A DNA stretch of 38,936 nt from Octopus sinensis (Eukaryota): the NCBI RefSeq assembly GCF_006345805.1, contig NW_021835713.1:1-38936 (forward strand), read 5' to 3'. The translations under genes and the position numbers were made by a program. Below are positions 10,428 to 21,483 of the stretch, one piece after another (position 1 is the first letter of the stretch; each line of letters opens with the position of its first letter). Below the pieces are notes generated by a model. That model saw only the letters and a program-made list of their open reading frames with translations. It did not search any database and was not told the origin of the DNA.

Positions 10428-10911
10428 CAGAAGTTCTCAACCATTATTTTTTTTTACCTATAGACCCTATAGGCGCAGGAGTGGCTGTGTGGTAAGTAGC
10501 TTGCTAACCAGCCACCTGGTTCCGGGTTCAGTCCCACTGCGTGGCATCATGGGCAAGTGTCTTCTGCTATAGAGACCGATAGAATAAGTACTGGGCTTAC
10601 AAAGAATAAGTCCCGGGGTCGATTTGCTCGACTAAAAAAAGGCGGTGCTCCAGCATGACCGCAGTCAAATGACTGAAACACGTAAAAGAGTAAAAGAGTA
10701 AAAGAGAGACCCCTTTGATTCCCATTTGACTCCACAAGACCCCCATAGACATTTGTTGTTTAAAACATCCTACTTTATTGTTATAATTAAATATAAGGAA
10801 TTGTATTTAAAAAATTACCAAAATATTTTGTGTATTGTAGAATTAGAAGCAATTTATTGCACATGGATTTAAACAATAAAAACCTATATGGACCCTGGTT
10901 GAGATCCATTG
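10428..10911. mobile_element. hAT-type MITE with nested SINE
   Basis: Imperfect 15-bp TIRs CAGAAGTTCTCAACC / GGTTGAGATCCATTG; 8-bp flanks GATTAGAC (10420-27) and GACCAGAC (10912-19), each one change from GACTAGAC. Interior is homologous to 28894-28989. Confidence 0.75.
10468..10706 (+). mobile_element. SINE family A, internally deleted, inserted in the hAT MITE
   Basis: GGCGCAGGAGTGGCTGTGTGGTAAG head joined at CTATAG|AGACCGATAG to the tail ending (GTAAAAGA)n; AGACCC is duplicated on both sides. Confidence 0.9.
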
Positions 10912-11004
10912 GACCAGACCATTGATAAAATGTGTTCCGGTCGTGACTATCACGTATCTATTTTCTTCAGAGACCATATATATTTTTTTCTCTTTTACTT
11001 CCAG

Positions 11005-11161
11005 GGGCAGCGTCCATGAGGGTCTTCGAAGACCCTTCAAGACCAGTGAGTTTGATGACACCAGTGTTCATCTTGAAATTTTGTCAACACTTTCGGGGAA
11101 AGACATGAGTCGGAAGAAAACTCCAGATCTACATCGAGCGAAGAAGCTGTCATTTGTCTAA
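11005..11161 (+). CDS. Candidate terminal coding exon, unknown protein
   Basis: Strong acceptor TTTTTTTCTCTTTTACTTCCAG|G and non-repetitive, less AT-rich sequence. Phase-2 frame GSVHEGLRRPFKTSEFDDTSVHLEILSTLSGKDMSRKKTPDLHRAKKLSFV-stop. No homologue recognised. Confidence 0.4.
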
Positions 11162-11181
11162 TAATATAGTATCGGTCATTT

Positions 11182-11396
11182 AAGGCGGCAAGCTGTGAGA
11201 ATCGTTAGCACTACGAGCGAAATTATTTGCAGCATTTCGTCTGTCTTCGCGTTCCAAGTTTGAATTCCACCGAAGTCGACTTTGCCTTTCATCCTTTCGG
11301 GATCGATAAAAATAAGTACCAGTTGAGTACTGGAGGTCAATGAAATCGACTTACCCACACCCCGAAATTGCTGGCATTGAGCCAAAATTTGAAATC
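11182..11396 (+). mobile_element. SINE family B
   Basis: AAGGCGGCAAGCTGTGAGAATCGTTAGC head; GTCGACTTTGCCTTTCATCCTTTCGGG body; AATATAGTA flanks both ends (diverged TSD). Confidence 0.85.
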
Positions 11397-11890
11397 AATA
11401 TAGTACTGAACATCTATTGAAGGTCACAATTCTGTCTTCTTTTTAATTTTTGATTTTTTTTTCAGTTAAAAAAATTATATTTGTAGCCACAGTTTGTGAA
11501 GGCAATAAAGTTGTCGTAGTTATTGTTTAATTACACATTAGTTGTAAGAGAGCAGACAAACGTATAATCAAAGAATATTCCAGTTATGACCAAACTGTTT
11601 ATTTTTTTCCTTCTGTAATAATGTATCTAGGACTTTATCTTTAACCTGGATGTATACCATAAGTGCCAATCATAGCATGAAAGGCAAAACAATCGGCGAC
11701 TATTACTCCTACTCCATACTCTACACATATCTGGTATCATACAAATATCAGATATCAATATTGCATAAAGATCATGACAGAAAACTGCACTAATCCATTC
11801 CAATCTTTAGTTCATTTCTTTTCGCGTCATTGATTTTTAAAAAAATGAAATAAATAAATTATAAATTACAAAAAAAAAGACAATAAGGCT

Positions 11891-12039
11891 CGATGATGAT
11901 AATGATGATGATGCCGACGACCGACGACAATGACGGTGACGATGACGTTGTTGATGATGACGATGGCGATGACGTTGTTGATGACGATGATAATGATGAT
12001 GATGATGATGACGATGATGATGACGACGACGACGACGAC

Positions 12040-12079
<40 letters not shown>

Positions 12080-12090
12080 TTGATGATGCC

Positions 12091-12139
<49 letters not shown>

Positions 12140-12560
12140 TTGATGATGATGACGATGATGCCGATGATGATGACGATGATGATGATAGTGATGACGATGA
12201 CGATGATGATGATCGTGGTAGTAGTGATGAATGCGGGTGATGATGACGTTGAAAATAATTATGAAAATGAGCGTCTAATGAGTCTAATGACTGATAATTA
12301 CGCGGAGGATATTGATGATGCTGATGCTGATGCCGATATCGATGTTGTTGGTGATGTTGTTGATGATGAGGATGATGATGATGATGGTCGTGATCATGAT
12401 GATGCTGATGAAACCAGGTGATGATGATGATTATGATGATATTGTTGATGATGATATTCATATTGATGATGATAATGGTTATTTAAATATGATGATGACG
12501 ACAACAACGACGATGACGACGATGGTGGTGGTAATGATGACAGCGGTGACGATAATGGTA
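11891..12560. repeat. (GAT/GAC)n low-complexity block
   Basis: Direct inspection; source of the poly-D/M/S ORFs. Confidence 0.95.
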
Positions 12561-12776
12561 GTTCGTGAAAGTGTCGCGTCAGTGAGTCTTCGAGGTGAAA
12601 ATTGAAAAGTCTATATCGACCTCACTGCAGGTGTCTTTGAAAACATTTATCACAGAATGAACAAGGCGTTCTTTGTTTCAAATTACTATATCCTGTTTCA
12701 AGTCATGATCGGATTCAATTGCACGCATATATATATATAATATATATATATAATATATATATATATATATTATATA

Positions 12777-12808
<32 letters not shown>

Positions 12809-13776
12809 CGTATGTATGAAGGGAGAAAAATAAAGTAAAAGCGAAATGACATTGGAATTTAATTTTAAAAAATCTTATATAAACTTAAATGAATTGAAAT
12901 GAGAAAGAAAATTCAATTAAAAGTGTTGAGATAATAGAAAAACCTCATTGATTTTTTATCACTGAGAGCCCTTTATATATATATTATATATATATATATA
13001 TATAATATATATATATATATATAATATATATATATATAATATATATATATATATGTATGTATATGTGAGTGTGTGTGTATGTAAGTATCTACATATAAAT
13101 ATATATATATAAATCTGTATATCTGTGTGTGTGTATGTATATATATATGTGTGTGTACGTGTGTGCGTGTGCACACGCATGTCTACGTCTATATGCGTGT
13201 GCAATTTTCTCTTGTTGAGAGGACCAAGTACGAATGTTCAGCGCTGTATGTCGTCTTACAGAAAAGGTGAATAATGATTGCAGTGCAATATGGCCCATGA
13301 CAGCAGCAAAATAAAACAAAAGAGAGATGCGGTATAGAAGCAGGCACGGTATAGAATTTACGGTAATGTGGAAGAGAGGTGGTGAGAAGACAGTTTTGGG
13401 ATGTGAGGCAATATGATAAAAAGGGCTGCTGTTATCTTGCATGCGAAACGATATTTTGTGTGGATATGTTGGAATCGGTTTCAAGTTAACAGAATTTGTG
13501 CACATCATATTAGAACTGAATCCAGAGAGTGTTTTAAACACACGTCCACATAAGCCCCCCCCCCCAAAAAAAAGCGGACTTCTACATGACGGTTCAACAT
13601 GTTAGACATAAGAGCTAAATCTTCTCAGATCTACTCCCTGCTGCGTTAAATGTGAAAAGCTTACATGACATAATGTTGCCATTCATATTCTTGACCATGG
13701 TGGGCAGTCACTTTGGGATCGACTTTACGCAAAGGCCTGTTTATGTAACAAGGAACTAAACGTCAGCAACAACAGT

Positions 13777-14197
13777 GGAGGCGCAAAGGCCCAATGGTTC
13801 AGGGCAGTGGACTCGCGGTTTCGATTCCCAGACCGGGCGTTGTGTGTGTTTATTGAGTTAAAACACCTAAAGCTCCACGAGGCTCCGGCAAAGGATGGTG
13901 GCGACCCCTGTTGTACTCTTTCGCTCCAACTTTCTCTCACTCTTTCTTTCTGTTTCCTGTCCCCGACTTCCTATGCAACGCAACCGCTGAGCCTGGATGC
14001 GCATTCATCCATCCGTCGATGCTCTCGGTGTCGGGGGTTGACCTGCTTTCTCTTCTGCGGGTCTTACGAATAGCAAAGGACCACGTTTCGGACATCTCCC
14101 ACTACAGACAATACTGAGGCGCGGTCTTGCGAGCTCTGGGACGAAGACCGCTTCGCTCAACAAATAAACAAACAAACAAACAATCAAACAAACAATT
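13777..14197 (+). mobile_element. SINE family D, full length with TSD
   Basis: Perfect 12-bp TSD AGCAACAACAGT (13765-76 and 14198-209), tRNA-like head, (CAAA)n tail; homologous to 9995-10367. Confidence 0.92.
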
Positions 14198-15188
14198 AGC
14201 AACAACAGTTTGTGAGAAATACTGCATCTCGTGTAGCCGGCAAATGTAAATAATGTAAAGAAATCAAGTTGTCTCTTAGCCTTATGTTGCTGCAACTGTC
14301 CAAGGATCATGCAAAGTCTGACATAACTTGGTCTCAGTGTTGCTACCGTCGATCCTGTTAATGAATGCAAGGCTGACACTTTACCTATTCTGCCAATCAG
14401 CGGCCTTAGACTGGTTACTTTGTATGACCCTAATATTATGTTGTCAAATACATTTGTTCGTTTCTTTCCAATGTTACTTGAATTAACATGAAAAATATTT
14501 GTATCGTAGCGTTTTATGGCGCTTTTTTTTATAGTTCTTTTCTTTCTCTACTTAGATAAATTCTACTTCTTTTCAGGCATATGACGATGGAATGCCAAGT
14601 AGAAAAAACAATGAGTATTTTCGACGCCTACTTCTCTTTCAATCAAGGTTCCACTGCTGTCAAAGCTGCTCGAGACATTTGTGTTGAATGCAGCGAAAGC
14701 GCTATTGCTGAAAGAACTGCACCGAAATAGTTTTTACGCTTCAAGGAGGGAAGATTCGATGTCACAATCATTTCGCATTCTGACCGATTTGTTCAGTTTA
14801 ATGAAAACAGATTGAATTAGCTCATCCGTGCCACAATTCCAATTAGAAAACGGCCCAGTAGATGTAAATGTTCTCATGATACTGTCACCCATCATCTTCA
14901 CTCGACGAGTAACGTCCAAAAAACTCGGTGCGTGGGAACCATACACTCTGAATAAAAAACATGTAGACTCCAGTGCTCCTCTATCTTCATCAGTTTTCTC
15001 GTTCGACATCACGCTACTCGTAGACACAGAGATTTCTTTACCGCATCGTCACCGGTGATGTAACAATGATGCTTTTACGTGAAGGCGAAGCAGAGGAAAA
15101 AAATGGCTGAGGACCAACGATTAAGCGAGTTGAGACGGAGCTGCACCTATGCAAGACAATGATCTGAGTTCGATGGAATTAAGAAACT

Positions 15189-15264
15189 GAAAGAGAAAGT
15201 TCAGTCATGCACGCAAATTTGGTATTAAGGATTTCCCTACACTATCATTTAATTCCCTTGATTT
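15189..15264 (+). repeat. Unclassified 76-bp repeat, copy 1 (interrupts the mariner ORF)
   Basis: About 88% identical (9 differences in 76 by hand alignment) to 16775-16849. Confidence 0.85.
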
Positions 15265-15329
15265 TACCCCGCAAAACACCACAAAATGTTTGAAAACAAC
15301 AAAACGGTCAACACAGAACTTTACGTTCA

Positions 15330-15561
15330 TAAGGCGACAAACTGGCAGAATTGTTAGCACACCGGACGAAATGCTTAGCGGTATTTCGTCTGCCGCTACG
15401 TTCTGAGTTCAAATTCCGCCGAAGAAGACTTTGCTTTTCATCCTTTCGGGGTCGTTAAATTAAGTACCAGTTACACACTGTGGTCGATGTAATCTACTTA
15501 ATCCGTCTGTCTGTTCTTGTTTGTCCCCTCTGTGTTTAGCCCCTTGTGGGTAGTAAAAATA
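15330..15561 (+). mobile_element. SINE family B nested in the mariner
   Basis: 15-bp TSD AGAAC(T/C)TTACGTTCA at 15315-29 and 15562-76; removing the SINE and one TSD restores ELYVQQM of the transposase. Confidence 0.95.
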
Positions 15562-16154
15562 AGAACCTTACGTTCAGCAAATGTACCGCATCAACGAAGT
15601 AATCCAGCCGAAAGGACCCGGCTGGTGTCATGGCATGCTTCTTCAACTAGGCAATGTTCTCTCCTTGGTCTCTAATTCAAGTAAAAATACAGTTCAAGAG
15701 CTCAGGTGGTTGTTCTAATGTACTCGTCGTATTCTCTCGATGTAGCAGCTTTAGTTTATCTCCTTGTTTGGCTATTCTCCAACAGTCAGCGAAGGGCTTC
15801 GTTAAACAATCTTATGGAGTTGATTGAAAATGTGACTCGATGAATCCTTCGAGTCAAGACTTGGTGATTTCTACCGTCAACGCATTAACAAAGTAGTGGA
15901 ACGTTGGCAAGAATTGGTGAACAACGGAGAAAAAATATTATTGACTGATTTGTTAATATGGTTAATGAAAACTAAAGATTGAAATAAATGGCAAAAAACA
16001 AAGAAACTAATACAAACAAAACGAACAAATTAATTCAGAAGCCAATATTTGTGTTTGAACATAGAAAATTTATTATTTATTCGGACATGAACTGATTAAG
16101 TTCAATTCCTGTTGGTTCATCTACTTATCTTGGAAAGATAAGTGACAAAATTGT

Positions 16155-16185
<31 letters not shown>

Positions 16186-16232
16186 GCACACACACACACC
16201 ACACACACACACACACACACAAACGCACACAC

Positions 16233-16694
16233 AGACGCACACACGCATATAAACACAGACACATGTGTATACACAGATATTCACATACACATACATTTAT
16301 AATATATACCTTATATATATATACCCATACATAAGTATACATACATACATATACACACACATATTTACATACATAGGTACTCTACAAATATACACATATA
16401 CGCATACATTCGTGCACACACTCACACACAAACACAAACACACACAAGCACATACACACAGAGACGCACACACATATATAAACACATACACATGTGTATA
16501 CACAGATATTCACACACACATACATTTATAATATATACCTTATATATATACCCATATATAAGTATACATACATACATATACACATACATTATATTTACAT
16601 ACATAGGTACTCTACAAATATACACACATACGCATACATTCGTGCACACTCTCACACACACACACAAACACACACACACAAGCACATACACACA
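16233..16694. repeat. Tandem duplication of a 229-bp CA/TA-rich unit (2 copies)
   Basis: CATGTGTATACACAGATATTC at 16262 and 16491; GGTACTCTACAAATATACAC and CATTCGTGCACAC also repeat with the same spacing. Confidence 0.92.
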
Positions 16695-16774
16695 TATGTA
16701 TGCACGTACGTATTGATGTATGAATAGATAACAAAAGAAAATGGCGTTTATTTCTTTCTAATAACCATCGAGTG

Positions 16775-16849
16775 GAAGAGATAGTTCAGTCTTTCACGCA
16801 AATTTGGTATTAAGGATTTCCTTACACAACCATATATTTCCCTTGATTT
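16775..16849 (+). repeat. Unclassified 76-bp repeat, copy 2
   Basis: See 15189-15264. Confidence 0.85.
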
Positions 16850-16976
16850 CACATGCACACACACACACACTCGGATATATTTAAGGGTGTGTGATGCGTA
16901 TGTAAATATCTATATATTTATTTTTATTTACATAGGTGTGTGTGTGTGAGTGTGCACGTGTGCGCGCGCACGTGTT

Positions 16977-16978
16977 AG

Positions 16979-17042
<64 letters not shown>

Positions 17043-17192
17043 ATATCTATCTATCTATCTATCGATCTATCTATCTATCTTTCTATCTATCTATCTTTGC
17101 CTCTGTCCATTCCCCTCTTTCTCTCTCTCATGAATATGTATCATTATTTATACAAAATTATACATTATTTATATATCTAAATCTACTTTGTC

Positions 17193-17257
<65 letters not shown>

Positions 17258-17380
17258 ATATATATATATTATATATATATATATATATGTATATGTATGT
17301 ATGCATGCATGTATGTATGTATGCATACATATATAATATATACATAAATGTTATATATATACGTAAACATATATGTATGC

Positions 17381-17418
<38 letters not shown>

Positions 17419-17450
17419 GCATACATATATGTTTATGTATATATATATAT
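16977..17450. repeat. (ATCT)n and (TA)n microsatellites
   Basis: Runs at about 16977-17095 and 17192-17450. Confidence 0.95.
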
Positions 17451-17739
17451 ATTCACGTTGAGACCCATATGTAGGTGTATGTATTTATATGTATATATGT
17501 ACGTTTAATCCCTACAAGGGACGCTTTATCGCTTTAGCCACGCTAACGTTACTAAAGATGCAACATTTTATGCCTGTCGACTTCGGCCTTTCATTGGTCT
17601 GCACACCGTACATACATGTTTAATTAGTGGCAGTCAGCGGAAATTGTCCACTTTCCGCTGTCCACCATCGCTGCACGACATATGACGTGTCAGCACCCAC
17701 TAAAAGCCACTGGAAGAGCGATGAACGCCTCGACAACAG

Positions 17740-18230
17740 CAGCGATAACAATGACGGTGACAACGATAATGTTAATGATAATGATGATAATGATGGTGAT
17801 GGTGATGGTGATGATGATGGTGGTAGTGGTGGTGGTGGAGGTGGTGGTGGTGGAGGTGGTGGTGGTGCTGATAATGATGATGATGATGGTGATGATGATG
17901 GTGGTAGTGGTGGTGGTGGAGGTGGTGGTGGTGGTGGTGGTGGTGCTGATAATGATGATGATGATGGTGATAGTGGCGGCGGTGGTAGTTGTGACAATGA
18001 TGATGATGATTAAGGTGGTGATGGCGGTGGTGGCCGATAGAAATGATGACAGGAGTAGTAGCGCTGGTAGAGATGGTCGTGATGAGGAGGAGGTGACAAT
18101 GATGGTTGATGATGATGATGATGATGATGATGTTGATGACGACAACGTCGACAAAGACGATGACGACGAAGATGACGACGACGACGATGATGATGATGAC
18201 GATGATGATGATGACGATGATGATGATGAC
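17740..18230. repeat. (GAT/GGT) low-complexity block with an internal duplication of about 81 bp
   Basis: GATGATGATGGTGGTAGT...GCTGATAATGATGATGATGATGGT starts at 17810 and again at 17891. Confidence 0.9.
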
Positions 18231-18286
18231 GCTATCTCATTGTGTTATGAATTGAAACCTGTTAAATTCCTCGTACCATTTGCCCT

Positions 18287-18525
18287 AAGGCGGCGAGCTG
18301 GCAGAGTGGTTAGCACGCCGGGTGAAATGCGTAGCCGTATTTTGTCTGCCGGTACGTTCTGAGTTCAAATTCCGCCGAGGTCGACTTTGCCTTTCATCCT
18401 TTCGGGGTCGATTAAATAAGTACCAGTTACGCACTGGGGTCGATGTAATCGACGTAATACCTATGTTTGTCCTTGTTTGTCCCCTCTGTGTTTAGCCCCT
18501 TGTGGGTAATAAAGAAATAGGTATT
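18287..18525 (+). mobile_element. SINE family B, well preserved
   Basis: AAGGCGGCGAGCTGGCAGAGTGGTTAGC (A-box)...GAGTTCAAATTCC (B-box)...GTTTAGCCCCTTGTGGGTAATAAAGAAATAGG. Confidence 0.93.
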
Positions 18526-18730
18526 ACAAATTCCTATTCGAGTGGGTTTTAGCAATCGCAGTCAATAAATTTTAATGATAAACCCTGTTCTGCCCAATAA
18601 ATCCATTTTCACGCAAATGTATGTGGACCCGTCGACAACCGCAGAGATCGACGCAAATATATAGAGGCAAGTTTTGCAGTTTAAGATTTTCTTCCTTTCC
18701 AGCATGCGGATACTTACTTCGTACACACAA

Positions 18731-18798
<68 letters not shown>

Positions 18799-18851
18799 AT
18801 ACAAGGACATACAAACACTCACTGTATTACATAGAAGGCGGATAGAATATT

Positions 18852-19063
18852 CCTTTCTGCTGCAGGCAGAACGCCTGGAATTTCGCAGGAAGAGACTAGT
18901 TGATTTCAACGACTCCAGTGTTTCACTGGTACATAATTTATCGGCCCAGAAAGGACGAAAGGCAAAATCGACCTCGGTGGAATTTGAACTCACAACGTAA
19001 CGCAGACGAAATACCGCTTAGCATTTCGCCCGGCGTGTTAACGATTCTGCCAGCTCTCCGCCT
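18852..19063 (-). mobile_element. SINE family B with TSD
   Basis: 18-bp TSD with two transitions: GAAGGCGGATAGAATATT (18834-51) and GAGGGTGGATAGAATATT (19064-81). Confidence 0.92.
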
Positions 19064-19956
19064 GAGGGTGGATAGAATATTAGAAATATCACTTTTCATT
19101 TAATTATTTTTTCCTATTGACAATATGACACAATCAAAACAGTACTAGGCTGCATAGAGGATGGGCCAAAAGTCACGCACAAAATAATTTCAATGCGCTC
19201 CGGAATTGTCCGACATGCTTCAATTTATCTAAAACTGAATAACATAAATAAACTGGTGATGTATAAACATGTATTTGTATATAATGGACAAAATGGAGAG
19301 TAATAATAATAACGTAATATAAATTAAATGTCAGATGTTTTGGTGCGTGACTTTTGACCCACACTATATGCATTTATGCAAGAATGAAGCTGTGTACAAC
19401 TTAACATGCGCTCTTAGACCTATTCTATGCTGTTAGTAGTATATATACTGTAGTGTATATATACCTGACTGTAACATATACAACCAAATATTACCGAAAA
19501 ACATTATTGTCACCTGTTGTATCACAATGCCATTATTTGATAATATCGTTAATTAATCATTAACGTAACATTTGTCAATCAATATCGAACACCTGAAGTT
19601 TACTGGTGAAATATGACTGTGTAATGACGCAGTCTTGTCTACCGTGGGATAGAGTGTAGTTATTCTCATGTCTGCTGGGTGATGTGAAGATACGGTCTTG
19701 CAAGGTGGTTAGATAAAAGCGTATCGCTACATCACCCACTAATGTCTGGCAACTGATATCGTGTAGATATTGCGCTGGCAAATGATATCGTACAGAGATA
19801 CGCTGATGTTTAGCAAGCGATATTGTAACGAGATACACTCCTGTCTTGGGAGTTATGTAAAGAAAGGTTGTTGTCTAGGGGGCGATGCAAGTGATATATT
19901 CTTGTTCAGCGAGTGATGTAGAGGTACGCACAATATATATATATATATATATATAC

Positions 19957-20170
19957 ATATTATATTAAATTAGAGATAAAACCACTATTAGGCAAATCAT
20001 ACAATGAAAAACTTAAGCCAATACATAAGATTAATTAATTTATATTATTTTAAATATATACCAAAATTATTAAAAAAAGATAATTAGTATAACACTACGA
20101 TCGTTTCATGGCTGTCCAATTCGTAAAAATTCGAGTTACAGTCATTCTTCAGGTGATTGAAATATTTAAC
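19957..20170 (-). mobile_element. (TA)n-anchored AT-rich repeat carrying a hammerhead motif
   Basis: Begins directly after (TA)n (19933-56) with ATTAAATTAGAGATAAAACCACTATTAGGCAAATC, a repeat I recall as abundant in octopus; contains the hammerhead at 20093-20155. Confidence 0.6.
20093..20155 (-). ncRNA. Type I hammerhead-like motif, best-conserved core
   Basis: Minus strand CAC-CTGAAGA-ATG.CTGT.AACTCG[AATTTTTA]CGAATT.ACAG.CAT-GAAAC-GATC-GTA-GTG: all core nucleotides present, A-U closing pair of helix II, palindrome ACGATCGT, 3-bp helix I. Predicted cleavage between 20096 and 20095. Confidence 0.7.
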
Positions 20171-20752
20171 GTATGCGTGTGTGTGTGTGTTTGCGTGTAT
20201 TTGCCTTAGATAGTGTTCTCCAATGCAAGACCAACCCATGAGCAAATTAATTATACAATTTTAATTTTATAATTTCCTTACATGCTTTTCTTTTAGTTTT
20301 TCACAATTGCCGGCACATAGTCACTAGTTTCCTCAGGATTCTATAAAAAGTTTCTTATCTCAACACCATTCTTTAGTTACTTTCCTCTCCGTCAGTCATT
20401 CAAAGAGTTATAGTTTGAGAAAACATATCCGGGTGGCTTTTTCGGGTATTGTTCGCAGCAAAACTGTGTAGTCGGATAACGTTTGTAAATGTTAGACTAC
20501 ATTTGTTTGTTGACCTGTTTTCTAGAAATGATATTCAGATACTCAGGTGTCTCACTGAGGTGAAACTGGACTAACTCCGCAAGGCGATAACGCCATGATG
20601 GTCATACCGCGGTGCGCGGCTGAGCACACACATTTTTTCTTGAGTATGTGGCCCAACGCCACTCTCCTCCCCTTCCATCTTCCACTGCTTTACACCTCAC
20701 CTTTTCTTTTTCTTTCTTGTTTCTTTATATTCAAATGTTCTAAAATAAAGAT

Positions 20753-21089
20753 ATTCTTTTATTCTTTTACATGCTTGAGTCATTTGACTACGGCGGCCCC
20801 ATAATGGATCACGGCCTTAGAGGGATTTTTCGTCGAAGAAATCGACGCCAGGACATATTTTTTGGAAGCCTAGTACTTATTCTATCGAACTTGTTTGACT
20901 AACCACTAAGTTACGAGGATGCAAACACACTAACACCGGTTATCAAACGTTGGTGGGGGACAAACACAGACACAAGGCTTTGGTCGGCATGAAGCTTTTA
21001 TAGCAGAAGACACCTGCCCGAGGTACCACGCGGTGGGACTGAATCCAGAACCAAGTGGTTGGGAAGCAAGCTTCTTACCACACAGCCAT
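20753..21089 (-). mobile_element. SINE family A, both ends present, internal deletion
   Basis: Head (reverse complement of CTTCTTACCACACAGCCA) and tail (GAGTCATTTGAC...CTTTTATTCTTTT) present; middle segment lost at GACACA|AGGC. Confidence 0.88.
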
Positions 21090-21267
21090 ATTGTAAGGTG
21101 TTCACAACCTCACAGGGGTGGATCTAGGATAGTCAAATACTCGGGTGGCTTTTAAACAGGATATGAATACAGTTTGCTGTATGGTCATCGTCTTATTTTA
21201 CACATTATAAAACCTGATACTGAGATCATGGTTTAGTTGTAGAGACGAGAGGCTGATAGTCTATAAC

Positions 21268-21483
21268 AGATTTAAAATTCTGGCACAAGGCCAGCAAATT
21301 TCGGTGGAGGGGTTGAGTCGATTACATCGACCCCAGTGTTCACCTGGTATTTATTTTATCGGCCCCAAATGTATGAAAGGTGACGTCAACCTCGGCGGAA
21401 TTTGAACTCAGAACCTGAAGACGGACGTAATGCCTCCAAGCATTTTGCCCAGCGTGCTGACGATTCTACAAGATTGCTGCATT
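21268..21483 (-). mobile_element. SINE family B
   Basis: GTCGATTACATCGACCCCAGTG...CTCGGCGGAATTTGAACTCAGAAC...CGTGCTGACGATTCT. Confidence 0.85.

Larger units (their letters stand above)
14587..15948 (+). pseudogene. Mariner transposase pseudogene (multiple stops, frameshifts and insertions)
   Basis: Segments translate to MECQVEK...FNQGSTAVKAARDIC...AIAERTA, VQKLGAWEPYTL (WVPHEL motif), FLYRIVTGD (first catalytic D), TVNTELYVQQM, YSLDVAA (YSPDLAP motif) and FESRLGDFYRQRINKVVERWQELVNN. Confidence 0.9.
14434..16047 (+). mobile_element. Full-length decayed mariner (Tc1/mariner) DNA transposon
   Basis: TA at both ends; degenerate TIRs (TATTATGTTGTCAAATACATTTGTTCGTTT versus reverse complement TATTGGCTTCTGAATTAATTTGTTCGTTT); about 1.27 kb after removing the nested inserts; transposase remnant inside. 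Confidence 0.9.

Noticed and set aside
11859-12605. Long poly-Asp/Ser/Met/His ORFs
   Set aside because: Pure (GAT)n expansion, open in several frames; the same applies to the ORFs at 17620-18362, 29051-29847 and 33106-33864 and to all YI/CV/HT dinucleotide ORFs.
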